Counted from the first letter of the stretch, positions 1 to 10,174 are shown. The stretch is DNA of 46,627 nucleotides from Thalassotalea sp. (GCA_029249355.1 JAQWHO010000178.1:1-46627); one strand, 5' to 3'. Notes: generated from the sequence alone by a model not told the origin. Numbers and translations are program-made.

Positions 1-974
1 CCTGTGACCATTAATGGCGTGCCAGGTAACGTTAAACCGGTAATTTTAATGAATTCATTATCATGCTCTTTATATTCGAAAGAGGCACGAAACCATGTGT
101 TGGGTACACGGATACCAAGGTGCATATCATTGGCCACAATCGCACTGCCTGTACTACTAATAGCACCAGAAACTGCCCAATTGTTTGAGCCTGGAAAGTC
201 TTCACTTGAATAATCTGTGTTAGCAGTTAGTGATTGTTTATTTGCTAGGAGTTTTTTAGTTGAAGAAGTCCAAGCTTTATCTGGAATAGGCGAGGGCGAA
301 TATTGACTACTATCAATTGCCGCGTCCCAAATGCTGCCTTTGGGATTTAAAAAGGCAAATACCGTTGGATCAAAAGTTGATTGAAGTAAACCTAAGGTTC
401 TTTCTCGAGCACCATCTTTATACTGTAAATCTAAATACATACTGAGTATGGTCAGTATTGAGTCTTCTTCGCGCCATTCAACAGGCTCTTGTTGTAATAA
501 TAAATATTCAAAAGGTTTGGCCTTTAGTGCTCTTAGTCCTTCATTTACGCCGACGGTATAGGCTTTTATAAGTGCTGATTGCTCTTGGGGAAGTTGCTCG
601 AAGATAGTAATTGCTCGTTCACGAAAGCGGTGAAGTCTAATTGTTTTGTCATAGCTTAATGCCATTTTGCCGAACAAACTGGCTAGTTCACCTGCAGAAT
701 TCCTTCTCAGTAAATCCATTTGAAAAAAACGTTCTTGCGCATGAATAAATCCGGTAGCGACAGCTAAATCAGTTCTACTTTCTGACTTTATAGTCGGTAT
801 GCCTTGAATATCTCGTTCAACAGATACATTGGTAGTAAGTCCCATAATGGTCGTTTTACCTTCAAGCACAGGTAAAGCGCTGTCAACTTGGCTATAAATC
901 CAAGTGGCAAACATTGAACTAACTAATAATAAAATCAACAGACTACTGAAAAGTACTTTTTTTATTTTTTTCAT
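1..974 (-). CDS. Penicillin acylase / AHL-acylase family Ntn-hydrolase (5' part; runs off window start)
   Basis: Not in the ORF track; translated by hand from ATG at 974: MKKIKKVLFSSLLILLLVSS (membrane anchor)...VERDIQGIPTI...GFIHAQERFFQMDLLRR...FPGSNNWAVSG...IVANDMHL. GSNNW is the autoproteolytic Ser nucleophile motif (Ser codon 186-188). Confidence 0.9.
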   Translation of the reverse strand, partial: MKKIKKVLFSSLLILLLVSSMFATWIYSQVDSALPVLEGKTTIMGLTTNVSVERDIQGIPTIKSESRTDLAVATGFIHAQERFFQMDLLRRNSAGELASLFGKMALSYDKTIRLHRFRERAITIFEQLPQEQSALIKAYTVGVNEGLRALKAKPFEYLLLQQEPVEWREEDSILTILSMYLDLQYKDGARERTLGLLQSTFDPTVFAFLNPKGSIWDAAIDSSQYSPSPIPDKAWTSSTKKLLANKQSLTANTDYSSEDFPGSNNWAVSGAISSTGSAIVANDMHLGIRVPNTWFRASFEYKEHDNEFIKITGLTLPGTPLMVT

Positions 975-1306
975 GATACTTCTTTGTGCCTTGATAAAGG
1001 TAACAAGCAGATAAGTGAATAAAGAGTACATTAAAAATTTAGCGTTCACAAACCTTGATAGAGGATTTTTTATCAATACTGACTTTAACTAACTTATTGT
1101 TTTATTGTTGTTTTGTTAATTGGTTTATCAGGATTTAGTTGGAGTTACTTCATTTTTAGAGTGGTAAAATCGTTTTTGTTTTTCTCAAAGTAATACAAGA
1201 TGTTGCTAGCTGTTTAAAATGTCATTAAACGTTACACTTGTTCGATTGTTTGAATGCTTTTGCCTTGATATTTTACCCTTAACTTTTAGTTCGTAATCAC
1301 TTTATC

Positions 1307-2572
1307 ATGTCAAATATAAGTCCATGGAAGAAAGACTTTCCTATTTTTGTCCCGCAGGCTCATCCATATTTATGCTATTTAGATACTGCAGCGACATGTT
1401 TAACACCTAAACATGTCGCAGAAGCTATGTTTCATTATCAATGTTATTCCCATGCGAATAGCCATAAAGGCATGTATCAATTAAGTATGACAGCCACTGA
1501 AAAAGTTGAACAAGCACGCGAAAAAATTGCAAGCTTTATTGGTGCTCAACAGGCACAAAGTATCGTTTTCAACTCAGGGGCGACTGAAGGTGTAAACCTT
1601 GTTGCTTATAGTTTTGTGGAACCATTAATTATAGAAGCGATGAGTAAAGGAGAGCGTTGTAATATTGTTATTTCAGCCGCAGAACATCACGCAAATTTAC
1701 TGCCTTGGCAGCGACTAACACAGCAGTATAATATTGAGTTACGTATAGCGCCTTTAGCAATAGATGGCACGATTGATTTGGCAAGGCTTTCGCTTTTATT
1801 AGATGATCAAACCTGCATATTAGCGTTCACCCATTGCTCAAACGTCATTGGGAAAATAAATGCGGTAGATAAAATCTGTCAATTGGCAAAGAATAAAAAC
1901 ATTCCGACATTAATCGATGGTGCTCAAGCCGTTTTAAGAGGCGACATTAATGTAAAAGCCATTGATTGCGACTTTTATGTTTTTTCTGCACACAAAATTT
2001 ATGGACCAACAGGGTGTGGCGTCTTATATGCTAAGCCTCATTTAATAGAGCAAATGAGGCCTTATCAATTAGGTGGCGGCATGATAAATACGGTTGATTT
2101 TCAACAAAGTGAATACTTGGGCGGGCCTTTAAAGTTTGAATCAGGCTCACATAATGTTGCGGGTATCGTGGGTTTGGTGGAAGCAATTGATTATATGAAT
2201 GATCTTTCGATAAAAGATATTAATTTATATATTGATGACTTAGCTTTGTATATGCATAAATCACTGCGTGAATTATCTTTTTATCGTCCTGTTGTCGATG
2301 AAAAATTATCGTTAATGAACAATAAAATGACTTCGTTAGTGAGTTTTCAATGTGAAGGGATTCAATGCCAAGATATCGCGAATTTACTCGATAGTGAAAA
2401 TGTTGCCCTAAGAGCTGGACAGCATTGTGCACAGCCTTTACATAAAGTTTTAGGAGTGAATGAAACGTTAAGAGTTTCGTTAGGTTTATATAATGGCTAT
2501 GCCGATATTGATAAATTAATTGCGGGTTTGATTCATTGTCATCAAGTTATGGCGATGGAAAGCTTGGCTTAG
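1307..2572 (+). CDS. SufS/CsdA-type (group II) cysteine desulfurase, PLP-dependent class V aminotransferase fold
   Basis: YLDTAAT, EHHANLLPWQ, DGAQ, FSAHKIYGPTG (PLP Lys), RAGQHCAQP (catalytic Cys), RVSLGLYN. Confidence 0.9.
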   Translation: MSNISPWKKDFPIFVPQAHPYLCYLDTAATCLTPKHVAEAMFHYQCYSHANSHKGMYQLSMTATEKVEQAREKIASFIGAQQAQSIVFNSGATEGVNLVAYSFVEPLIIEAMSKGERCNIVISAAEHHANLLPWQRLTQQYNIELRIAPLAIDGTIDLARLSLLLDDQTCILAFTHCSNVIGKINAVDKICQLAKNKNIPTLIDGAQAVLRGDINVKAIDCDFYVFSAHKIYGPTGCGVLYAKPHLIEQMRPYQLGGGMINTVDFQQSEYLGGPLKFESGSHNVAGIVGLVEAIDYMNDLSIKDINLYIDDLALYMHKSLRELSFYRPVVDEKLSLMNNKMTSLVSFQCEGIQCQDIANLLDSENVALRAGQHCAQPLHKVLGVNETLRVSLGLYNGYADIDKLIAGLIHCHQVMAMESLA

Positions 2573-2675
2573 TTAGCTTTGATTTAGTTCTAATTGATTT
2601 AGCGCTATGCAGCCAATATGTTCAACGCTACTATAACAAGTAATTATTATAGTCATCGTTGATTCAACTTTAATC

Positions 2676-3290
2676 ATGTCAGAAAAACTAGCAATCATCA
2701 TTCTTGCCGCAGGCAACTCTTCTCGACTAGGTCAAGCTAAGCAGTTTGTCACTTTAAATGGTGAAAGTTTATTGTTGCGCCAATGCAAAATGGCAAAAAA
2801 ATTGAGCAAGAATGTTAGCTGTGTATTTGGTTATCAAGCGCAAAATATGATTGATGAAGTCGCAGAGCTTTCGGTAAAAACTATTATCAATGATGATTGG
2901 CAAAGTGGTCTTTCATCTTCTATTGCGAAAGGTGTTTCAGCAATAGATGATGATACTGATGCCGTGATGTTGATATTAGTAGATCAATGGCAATTGAGTG
3001 CTCAACATTACCAAGATATTTATCAACACTGGCAAGATAACCCACAAAATATTATTAGTGCTGCACAATCGATAAAGGGGTTAAATGTAACAAGCCCGCC
3101 GGTGATTTTCCCCGCATATTGTTTTTCACAACTGAAAGAATTAAATCAAGGAAGTGGCGCTAAGCCTGTGATTAAAAAACATCAAAATCAATTACTATGC
3201 TTATTAATGCCCGCAGCATTTGTTGATTTAGACACGCCAGAACAGTTACAAATATTGAAAAACTATCAACTTAGTCAGCAAAAAAATTAA
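2676..3290 (+). CDS. MocA-like nucleotidyltransferase (molybdenum cofactor cytidylyltransferase family)
   Basis: IILAAGNSSRLGQAKQ, NDDWQSGLSSSI, LVDQ, PPVIF, GAK, VDLDTPE motifs. Confidence 0.85.
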   Translation: MSEKLAIIILAAGNSSRLGQAKQFVTLNGESLLLRQCKMAKKLSKNVSCVFGYQAQNMIDEVAELSVKTIINDDWQSGLSSSIAKGVSAIDDDTDAVMLILVDQWQLSAQHYQDIYQHWQDNPQNIISAAQSIKGLNVTSPPVIFPAYCFSQLKELNQGSGAKPVIKKHQNQLLCLLMPAAFVDLDTPEQLQILKNYQLSQQKN

Positions 3291-3377
3291 TAAAGCACGT
3301 TATTGCTATTAAATAAAAATTTACTTGATAAAATACTGACATTAAGTTTTTACAAAATTAGTTAACGTTGGATCAAA

Positions 3378-3929
3378 ATGGCATCTCTACAAGATCAATT
3401 ACTCAAAGCTGGGCTTACTACTAAGCAAAAAGCACGACAAGCTAACAGCGATAAACGAAAAAAGAATAAACAAAAACGTAGTGGCGTTGAAATGGAAGCG
3501 TCGTTACAGGAAAAAATTAAACAAGATTTGGTTAAAACGCAACAAGATAAACAAGCTAAAGATCAAGCGCTTAATGAAGAGAAAAAACAGCAACGTGAAA
3601 AGAAAGAGCAAAAATTAAGAATTCAACAAATTTTGCAACATCACCAAATTAAAAACTGTAATGGTGAAACTGTGTATAACTATACCTTTGATAGTAAAAT
3701 TAAGAAGTTATATCTAGATGCTGTTACTCATCGAGCACTTGTTAATGGTCGTTTAGCGTTATGTGGTCAAGATGAGGTTACTTATATTGTTACCTGTGAA
3801 ACAGCTGCAAAATTAGCTGAGTTAGATACAACTGTTATATTACTTCAAAATGAAAAAGTACAATCTGACCATGTTGAAGAAGATGACCCATATGCAGATT
3901 ATCAAATACCTGATGATTTAATGTGGTAA
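3378..3929 (+). CDS. DUF2058 (YaiL-like) protein
   Basis: N-terminal SLQDQLLKAGL and C-terminal DDPYADYQIPDDLMW signatures. Confidence 0.88.
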   Translation: MASLQDQLLKAGLTTKQKARQANSDKRKKNKQKRSGVEMEASLQEKIKQDLVKTQQDKQAKDQALNEEKKQQREKKEQKLRIQQILQHHQIKNCNGETVYNYTFDSKIKKLYLDAVTHRALVNGRLALCGQDEVTYIVTCETAAKLAELDTTVILLQNEKVQSDHVEEDDPYADYQIPDDLMW

Positions 3930-4074
3930 TTACCAATATTCCACTTTTTTAAAGCGCGTGTTTGTAGCAACTTATATATAGTTTTGCTAAAATCGCGCGC
4001 TAAATTTCACTCCATTTAATTCTGTTATTTACTTAGCTTATATTTTTTGTCTAGTTGTTCATTAAGGTGTTGTT

Positions 4075-4437
4075 ATGTTTATTATTCGTTGGGTTCTTGG
4101 TCGTATCATCTTGTTTTTTGATTTTATTTTTTCACCGAGTAAGCCTAAAAGAGCGGCAGAACTACAGGCGAAAATTGATGCAAGCACAGACCACTTGAGT
4201 TTATATCAACTGCCAGCGTGCCCTTTTTGCGTAAAAGTGCGTCGAGAAATGAAACGTGGTGGTTTGAATATTGCGCTTAAAAATATTAATCAAGACCAAG
4301 CATCTAATGACGAATTAATAGCTAAGGGCGGTAAAAGAAAAGTACCTTGTTTACGAATCGTTGATGAAAACCAAGAGGTTAGCTGGTTGTATGAATCATC
4401 AGCGATTAATCAATATATTCAACAGTTTGTTCGTTAA
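4075..4437 (+). CDS. Glutaredoxin-like protein with N-terminal hydrophobic helix
   Basis: CPFC active site, GGKRKVPCL, WLYESSAI. Confidence 0.85.
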   Translation: MFIIRWVLGRIILFFDFIFSPSKPKRAAELQAKIDASTDHLSLYQLPACPFCVKVRREMKRGGLNIALKNINQDQASNDELIAKGGKRKVPCLRIVDENQEVSWLYESSAINQYIQQFVR

Positions 4438-4586
4438 AAATCAATAAACGTTATTTATAACTAAAATTTAAATAAACAATTCATCGAATTATTTTGCTAC
4501 TTTAATGGTCTAGCATTAAAACACCACTGACTTTGTGGTAACTCTGTTTTAAACAGAAAAGTTTTATGACCGGATAAGTAGCAAAT

Positions 4587-5591
4587 ATGATCAAAAATAT
4601 TACTCGAAAATTTTCTTCATGTCAGTTAACTGAAAATCAAGTGACTGACGAAACCGTATACCTCAAACGTAGACAAGTTTTAAAGCAACTAGGTTTTGCT
4701 GGCGCATCGGCGCTTTTAGCCAATAATGCGCAGGCTGACTGGTTTTCGAAAGAAGAAGTTACTCCGTTTACTACCCAATTGTTATCTGCAAAAAATACGA
4801 TAACAACCGATGATATTTTAACACCTGAAGCGAAAGTGATCAGTCATAATAATTTTTATGAATTTGGCACATCTAAAAATGATCCTATTGAAAATGCTCA
4901 ACAATTTAAAGTAAATCCTTGGCAATTAACGATTTCTGGTGAAGTCGATAAACCGATAACTTTAGATTATGACGACTTATATAAGGCTTTTCCTTTAGAG
5001 GAGCGTATCTATCGCTTACGATGTGTTGAAGCGTGGTCGATGGTTGTACCATGGATTGGCTTTCCATTGGCAGACTTGATCAAAAAAGCTCAACCTAATA
5101 GCAAAGCTAAATATGTCGCTTTTGAAACGCTATACGACCCAGAGCAGATGCCCGGTCAATCGAGTCGTCGAATTGGTGGCGGTATTGATTACCCTTATCT
5201 TGAAGGTTTACGTATTGATGAAGCCATGAACCCATTAACGTTGCTCAGTGTTGGTCTATATGGCAAAACATTACCAGCTCAAAATGGTGCGCCGATTCGC
5301 TTAGTTGTTCCATGGAAATATGGTTTTAAAAGTATCAAGTCTATCGTTGCAATAAAGCTTATGGAAAAAATGCCACCAACTACATGGAATATATTAGCGC
5401 CTCGAGAATATGGTTTTTATGCCAATGTAAATCCGCAGGTTGATCACCCCCGTTGGAGCCAAGCAAGTGAACGAAGAATTACTTCAGGAGGATTATTTGC
5501 CCGAAATCGCATCGAAACTTTGCCGTTTAATGGCTACGGCGAAGAAGTTGCGCACCTTTATAAAAACATGGATTTAAGGAAAAACTATTAA
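4587..5591 (+). CDS. msrP: Periplasmic protein-methionine-sulfoxide reductase, catalytic Mo subunit
   Basis: Tat signal [28 protein letters not shown] (Mo-ligating Cys), [25 protein letters not shown]. Confidence 0.95.
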   Translation: MIKNITRKFSSCQLTENQVTDETVYLKRRQVLKQLGFAGASALLANNAQADWFSKEEVTPFTTQLLSAKNTITTDDILTPEAKVISHNNFYEFGTSKNDPIENAQQFKVNPWQLTISGEVDKPITLDYDDLYKAFPLEERIYRLRCVEAWSMVVPWIGFPLADLIKKAQPNSKAKYVAFETLYDPEQMPGQSSRRIGGGIDYPYLEGLRIDEAMNPLTLLSVGLYGKTLPAQNGAPIRLVVPWKYGFKSIKSIVAIKLMEKMPPTTWNILAPREYGFYANVNPQVDHPRWSQASERRITSGGLFARNRIETLPFNGYGEEVAHLYKNMDLRKNY

Positions 5592-6196
5592 TGTCGGCGA
5601 AGGTAAACAATAATCGTATTGTTTTTTCTTTAAAAGTCGCTATTCATGTTATTAGTCTTTTCCTACTGAGTAATCTTTATTTTCAAGCAGTGAGTGATAA
5701 TTTAGGCGCTGATCCGGTTGAAGCTGTTTTGCATTTTACCGGTATTGGTGCATTCAATTTATTAATATTAAGCTTGATTATTTCTCCGTTAGCCCAGCAT
5801 TTTAAATGGGCTTTTCTATTAAAAATTAGACGATTACTGGGACTGTATAGTTTTACGTATGCTTTGTGTCATCTCTTAAGCTTTTTAGCCTTTGAAGTAC
5901 AGTTTGATTGGTCATTATTTATCAGTGAGATTATTGAAAGGCCTTATATAACGGTTGGTATGCTTGCGGTGGTTATTTTGTTATTGCTAACGATCACATC
6001 ACTGTCATTGATAAAAAAGAAAATGGGACGAAACTGGCAACAATTGCATAACTGGGTTTATCTCGCGTTGTGTTTAGTCGCCTTACATTTTTATTGGTCT
6101 GTAAAGTCTGAAATAATTGAACCCAGTATTTATATAGCTATAAGCTTATTGTTAATCTATCTGCGAAAAAATAAAATTACTCGTTGGTTTAAGTAG
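5591..6196 (+). CDS. msrQ: Heme-binding membrane subunit of MsrPQ
   Basis: Overlaps the msrP stop (TAATG); LGADPVE, RRLLGL, RPYITVG, WQQLHNWVY. Confidence 0.95.
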   Translation: MSAKVNNNRIVFSLKVAIHVISLFLLSNLYFQAVSDNLGADPVEAVLHFTGIGAFNLLILSLIISPLAQHFKWAFLLKIRRLLGLYSFTYALCHLLSFLAFEVQFDWSLFISEIIERPYITVGMLAVVILLLLTITSLSLIKKKMGRNWQQLHNWVYLALCLVALHFYWSVKSEIIEPSIYIAISLLLIYLRKNKITRWFK

Positions 6197-6430
6197 ATTA
6201 GAAACACCGATTCGTTCTACAACTTTCAGCCTCTTTTAGTTAATTTCAACATATCAGTACTTGTCTGCTGGCTATTCATCGTTGCAAAAACACCACTCAT
6301 CGCAGTGATAGGTGTTTAATGATGATTAAACTTGTCGAAATGTTTCAATCGTAATAATGTTAACCAGTGAAAATAATTATAAAACTCATTTTTGGTGAGT
6401 AATAAGTCAAAAATTTACTAGGAACCTCAT

Positions 6431-7813
6431 ATGCAAAAGTTTATACCATCACTCTTGGTGGCGGCTATTTCAGTCTCATTAAGTGCGTGTATGCAGTCAG
6501 AAAAACAAGATGAAAAAGTTGTATTAAATAAAAATCCATACCCTAGCACTTATCAAGTGATACCAAGTCAAACCGTTCTTATTAAAAATGCGACAGTATT
6601 AACGGGCGCTGGTGAGCGTATCGATAATGCTGATGTCTTAATGAGTAATGGTAAAATTGAGCAAGTCGGTCAAGGTTTATCAGCGGATAACGCAATTGAA
6701 GTTGACGGTAGCGGCAAATGGGTGACACCAGGTGTTATCGATGTACATTCTCATTTAGGTGTATACCCAAGTCCATCTGCAGAATCTCATTCAGATGGTA
6801 ACGAAGCAACACAACCCAACACTTCAGAAGTTTGGTCTGAACATAGTGTTTGGCCGCAAGATCCTGGTTTTCAAGCTGCTCGTGCTGGCGGTATAACTAC
6901 ACTACAAATTTTACCCGGTTCAGCTAATTTATTTGGCGGCCGAGGCGTTACGCTTCGTAATGTGCCAAGTCACACCATGCAAGGTATGAAGTTTCCAGCA
7001 GCACCTTATGGTTTGAAAATGGCGTGTGGTGAAAATCCTAAACGTGTTTATGGTAGTCGTAAAGTTTCTCCAGCAACACGTATGGGGAATATGGCTGGCT
7101 ATCGTATGGCGTGGAGCGAAGCGACAGAATATAAACGTGCTTGGGATAAATATGAAGCAGACTATGACGCGGGTAAAAACCCAGAAGCGCCAAAACGTGA
7201 TATAGAATTAGATACTTTGAAAGGCGTGTTAGATGGCGACATACTAATTCATAATCATTGCTATAAAGCTGAAGAAATGGCGATGATGATTGATTTAGGC
7301 AAAGAATTTAATTATCACTCAGGTACTTTTCATCACGCAATTGAGGCCTACAAGGTTGCTGATACATTAGCAGAAAATGGTAACTGTGCAGCAATGTGGC
7401 CAGATTGGTGGGGTTTCAAAATGGAAGCTTACGACATGGTGCAAGAAAACGTAGCCATTGTTGATGCTAAAGCAAACTCTTGTGCGGTTGTGCATTCTGA
7501 CTCAGGTACAACAATTCAGCGCCTTAACCAAGAAGCTGGTAAAGTCATGTATCGCGCGAATGAAAATGGTTTTGATATTAAGCCTGAGCATGCCATTACA
7601 TGGATCACTTTAAATTCAGCTAAATCTTTAGGTGTTGCCGATAAGACCGGTAGCTTAGAAAAAGGTAAAAACGCTGATGTTGTGCTGTGGAATCAAAACC
7701 CGTTTAGTGTTTATGCCCAAGCAGAGCAAGTGTTTGTCGATGGTGCAAAAGTATACGATCGTTTTGATGAAAAATATCAAGCGAAAAGCGATTTCATGTT
7801 AGGTCAGAAGTAA
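6431..7813 (+). CDS. Amidohydrolase-family lipoprotein (metal-dependent, predicted active)
   Basis: Lipobox LSAC; PGVIDVHSHLG (HxH), LKMACGENP, HNHCY, FHHAIE, HSDS, GSLEKGKNADVV. Confidence 0.88.
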   Translation: MQKFIPSLLVAAISVSLSACMQSEKQDEKVVLNKNPYPSTYQVIPSQTVLIKNATVLTGAGERIDNADVLMSNGKIEQVGQGLSADNAIEVDGSGKWVTPGVIDVHSHLGVYPSPSAESHSDGNEATQPNTSEVWSEHSVWPQDPGFQAARAGGITTLQILPGSANLFGGRGVTLRNVPSHTMQGMKFPAAPYGLKMACGENPKRVYGSRKVSPATRMGNMAGYRMAWSEATEYKRAWDKYEADYDAGKNPEAPKRDIELDTLKGVLDGDILIHNHCYKAEEMAMMIDLGKEFNYHSGTFHHAIEAYKVADTLAENGNCAAMWPDWWGFKMEAYDMVQENVAIVDAKANSCAVVHSDSGTTIQRLNQEAGKVMYRANENGFDIKPEHAITWITLNSAKSLGVADKTGSLEKGKNADVVLWNQNPFSVYAQAEQVFVDGAKVYDRFDEKYQAKSDFMLGQK

Positions 7814-7830
7814 GGAAAGGGGTAAAAATT

Positions 7831-9084
7831 ATGAAACTATTTAAATCTTCACTTATCGCTTTAGCACTTGCTTCAGCGTCATCTGTATATGCAGAAAGTA
7901 TCGCAATCACTAATGCAACGGTTCATACCGTGACAGAACAAGGCACATTAACCAATGCGACTGTTGTTATGGACAATGGCGTAATCACGGCGATTAATCC
8001 ACAAACGGTTACCGCTGATTCAACCATTGATGCCATGGGGAAAATTTTAACACCAGGCTTTATTGGTTCAATGAATACGCTTGGTTTAGTTGAAGTATCC
8101 GCTGTTTCACGTACACGTGATGCAAGTGATAAAAAAGCAGATATTACTTTTGATGCAAGTACAGCATTTAACCCAAAATCTGCAGCCATTGCTTATAGCC
8201 GAAAAGGTGGCATTACCACAAATATTGTGACACCTCGAGGCGGCGAAGACATGTTTAAAGGTCAAGCGTTTATTGCTGACCTTTCTGGCGAATATGACAG
8301 TATTGTTGAAACCAATACTGCGGTACTTGTTGATATTGGTTCAAAAAGCAAAGGGTCGCGTGCGTTAACATTGCAAGATCTTCGGAACAAGTTAGATGAT
8401 GCAAAAACAGCTTTAGCAAAAGAGAAAAAAGAGCAAGCAGACGCTAAAAAAGATAAGAAAAAAGACGCGAAAGAGCCAAAACGTGATGAAAAAGTTATCA
8501 ATGCGTTATTAGCTGGTGAAAAACCATTGATTGCCTATGCTGACAGAGCGACGGATATTTTAGCATTAATCAAATTAAAACAAGAGTTTGGTCTTGATTT
8601 AGTGATTGCAGATGCTGGTGATGCTGTTAGTGTTGCAGCACAAATAGCGAAAGCTAAAGTCCCTGTTATTATCGCTACTATTGATAACTTACCAAGTTTT
8701 GATGCCCTTCATCAGTCATTAAAAAGTGCGAAAGTGTTGATGGATGCTGGTGTTACCGTTGCGTTTAAAGTAAACGGTGATACTCATAATTTATATCAAT
8801 TACGTTATGATGCCGGTGTAGCAATCGCAAACGGTGTTTCGCAAGAGCAAGCCTTAGCCGCAGTAACGGCAAATATTGCTGATGCATTTAACTATGATGC
8901 GGGTCGTATTGCTGTTGGTAAAAAGGCTGACTTAGTGCTTTGGAGCGCTGATCCATTTGAATTAAGTACGCGCGTTGAAAAAATGTGGATTGATGGTGTT
9001 GAGCACACAACTGAAAGTCGTCAAGATGCTTTACGTGACCGTTATACTACTGACAGTGATATGCCACGTGCTTATACTAAATAG
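7831..9084 (+). CDS. Secreted amidohydrolase-fold protein lacking most metal ligands
   Basis: Signal peptide; LTPGFIGSMNTLG (no HxH); GGITT; GRIAVGKKADLVLWSADP; 17 bp after the previous gene. Confidence 0.82.
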   Translation: MKLFKSSLIALALASASSVYAESIAITNATVHTVTEQGTLTNATVVMDNGVITAINPQTVTADSTIDAMGKILTPGFIGSMNTLGLVEVSAVSRTRDASDKKADITFDASTAFNPKSAAIAYSRKGGITTNIVTPRGGEDMFKGQAFIADLSGEYDSIVETNTAVLVDIGSKSKGSRALTLQDLRNKLDDAKTALAKEKKEQADAKKDKKKDAKEPKRDEKVINALLAGEKPLIAYADRATDILALIKLKQEFGLDLVIADAGDAVSVAAQIAKAKVPVIIATIDNLPSFDALHQSLKSAKVLMDAGVTVAFKVNGDTHNLYQLRYDAGVAIANGVSQEQALAAVTANIADAFNYDAGRIAVGKKADLVLWSADPFELSTRVEKMWIDGVEHTTESRQDALRDRYTTDSDMPRAYTK

Positions 9085-9117
9085 TATGAAGTAAGTAGCA
9101 TTTGCTTAAAAAGAATG

Positions 9118-9153
9118 AAAAAGCCAAGGTAATTAACTCACCTTGGCTTTTTT
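9118..9153 (+). terminator. Rho-independent terminator after the amidohydrolase pair
   Basis: AAAAAGCCAAGGT-loop-ACCTTGGCTTTTTT. Confidence 0.85.
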
Positions 9154-9289
9154 ATCAGCAAGCTTTTTATAAGGAAGGTTTTTATCAGAGAGTTTTAGGC
9201 GTATGTACTCTTTTATGCTTTATTACAAAACTTTCATTGGTTAACATAGCGCTATTAAAAATCGTGAGTTCATTCCATGAGAGTATTCA

Positions 9290-10174
9290 ATGTCTGATGC
9301 AATTTTGTCTTCAACCCCTTTTGCTTCTATTTCTCAAGCATCTGTAGCACAAAATATTTCGACACTTGAGATTAAACATTTTTTATTTACCGCATCTGTA
9401 TGTTTACATGGCGGTCATGTTTTATCTTGGCAACCAACAGGGCATGATGAAGTTTTTTGGCTTAGCAAAACTACAGAATTTAAAAATGGTAAAGCGATAC
9501 GTGGCGGCATTCCTATTTGTTGGCCTTGGTTTGGTCCAAATATCGATGAGGAAGGCAACAATGGTGGTAATCATGGTTTTGCCCGAACCAATTGTTGGCA
9601 ATTAGTCAGTCATGAAATTACTGAACAAGACGTGACCTTAGTCATTGAAATTAATGGTGAAAACGAACATTATTTGTGGCCAGCTAAGTTTAAGTTATTG
9701 CAAACTTTGGTATTTTCAACGACTTTTACTCAACAACTTTCCATCACCAACCTTTCGTTAGAAACAGTAAATTTTTCATCGGCTTTACATAGCTATTTTG
9801 CGGTGAGTAACCCTGAAAATGTGCAAGTGCCATATCTAGAAGGCGCTTTATTTGATGATAAAATAACGGGTAAAAAGCAACAAGAAGATCAGTTAGTAAA
9901 TTGTGTTGGTCCTATTGACCGCATTTATTATTGTTCGGATAAACAAGTCATTATTGATGAAGGTCTACAGCGAAAAATCACTATTGAAGCGAGTCAATGT
10001 CAACAATGGGTCTTATGGAATCCAGGGCAGGAAATTGCAGGAAATATGCAGGATATTCATCCTCACGGCGAAAATGAGTTTGTTTGTTTAGAAGCAGCCA
10101 ATACGCAATGGCAATCGATTGGTGCTGGTGATAGCGTAATACTTTCTCAAAAAATTACCCTAGCAAAAATTTGA
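9290..10174 (+). CDS. yeaD: D-hexose-6-phosphate mutarotase (aldose epimerase family)
   Basis: GGHVLSWQP, KAIRGGIPICWPWFG, HGFAR, ALHSYF, VLWNPG, FVCLE. Confidence 0.92.
   Translation: MSDAILSSTPFASISQASVAQNISTLEIKHFLFTASVCLHGGHVLSWQPTGHDEVFWLSKTTEFKNGKAIRGGIPICWPWFGPNIDEEGNNGGNHGFARTNCWQLVSHEITEQDVTLVIEINGENEHYLWPAKFKLLQTLVFSTTFTQQLSITNLSLETVNFSSALHSYFAVSNPENVQVPYLEGALFDDKITGKKQQEDQLVNCVGPIDRIYYCSDKQVIIDEGLQRKITIEASQCQQWVLWNPGQEIAGNMQDIHPHGENEFVCLEAANTQWQSIGAGDSVILSQKITLAKI

Noticed and set aside
4-213. 69-aa + strand ORF
   Set aside because: Antisense shadow of the acylase gene, which has clear family motifs
6368-6382. Fur-like 7-1-7 (TGAAAAT-A-ATTATAA) upstream of the amidohydrolase pair
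   Set aside because: Easily produced by chance in AT-rich DNA, with no iron-related context
9102-9347. 81-aa ORF
   Set aside because: Runs through a terminator and tandem repeats and overlaps yeaD out of frame
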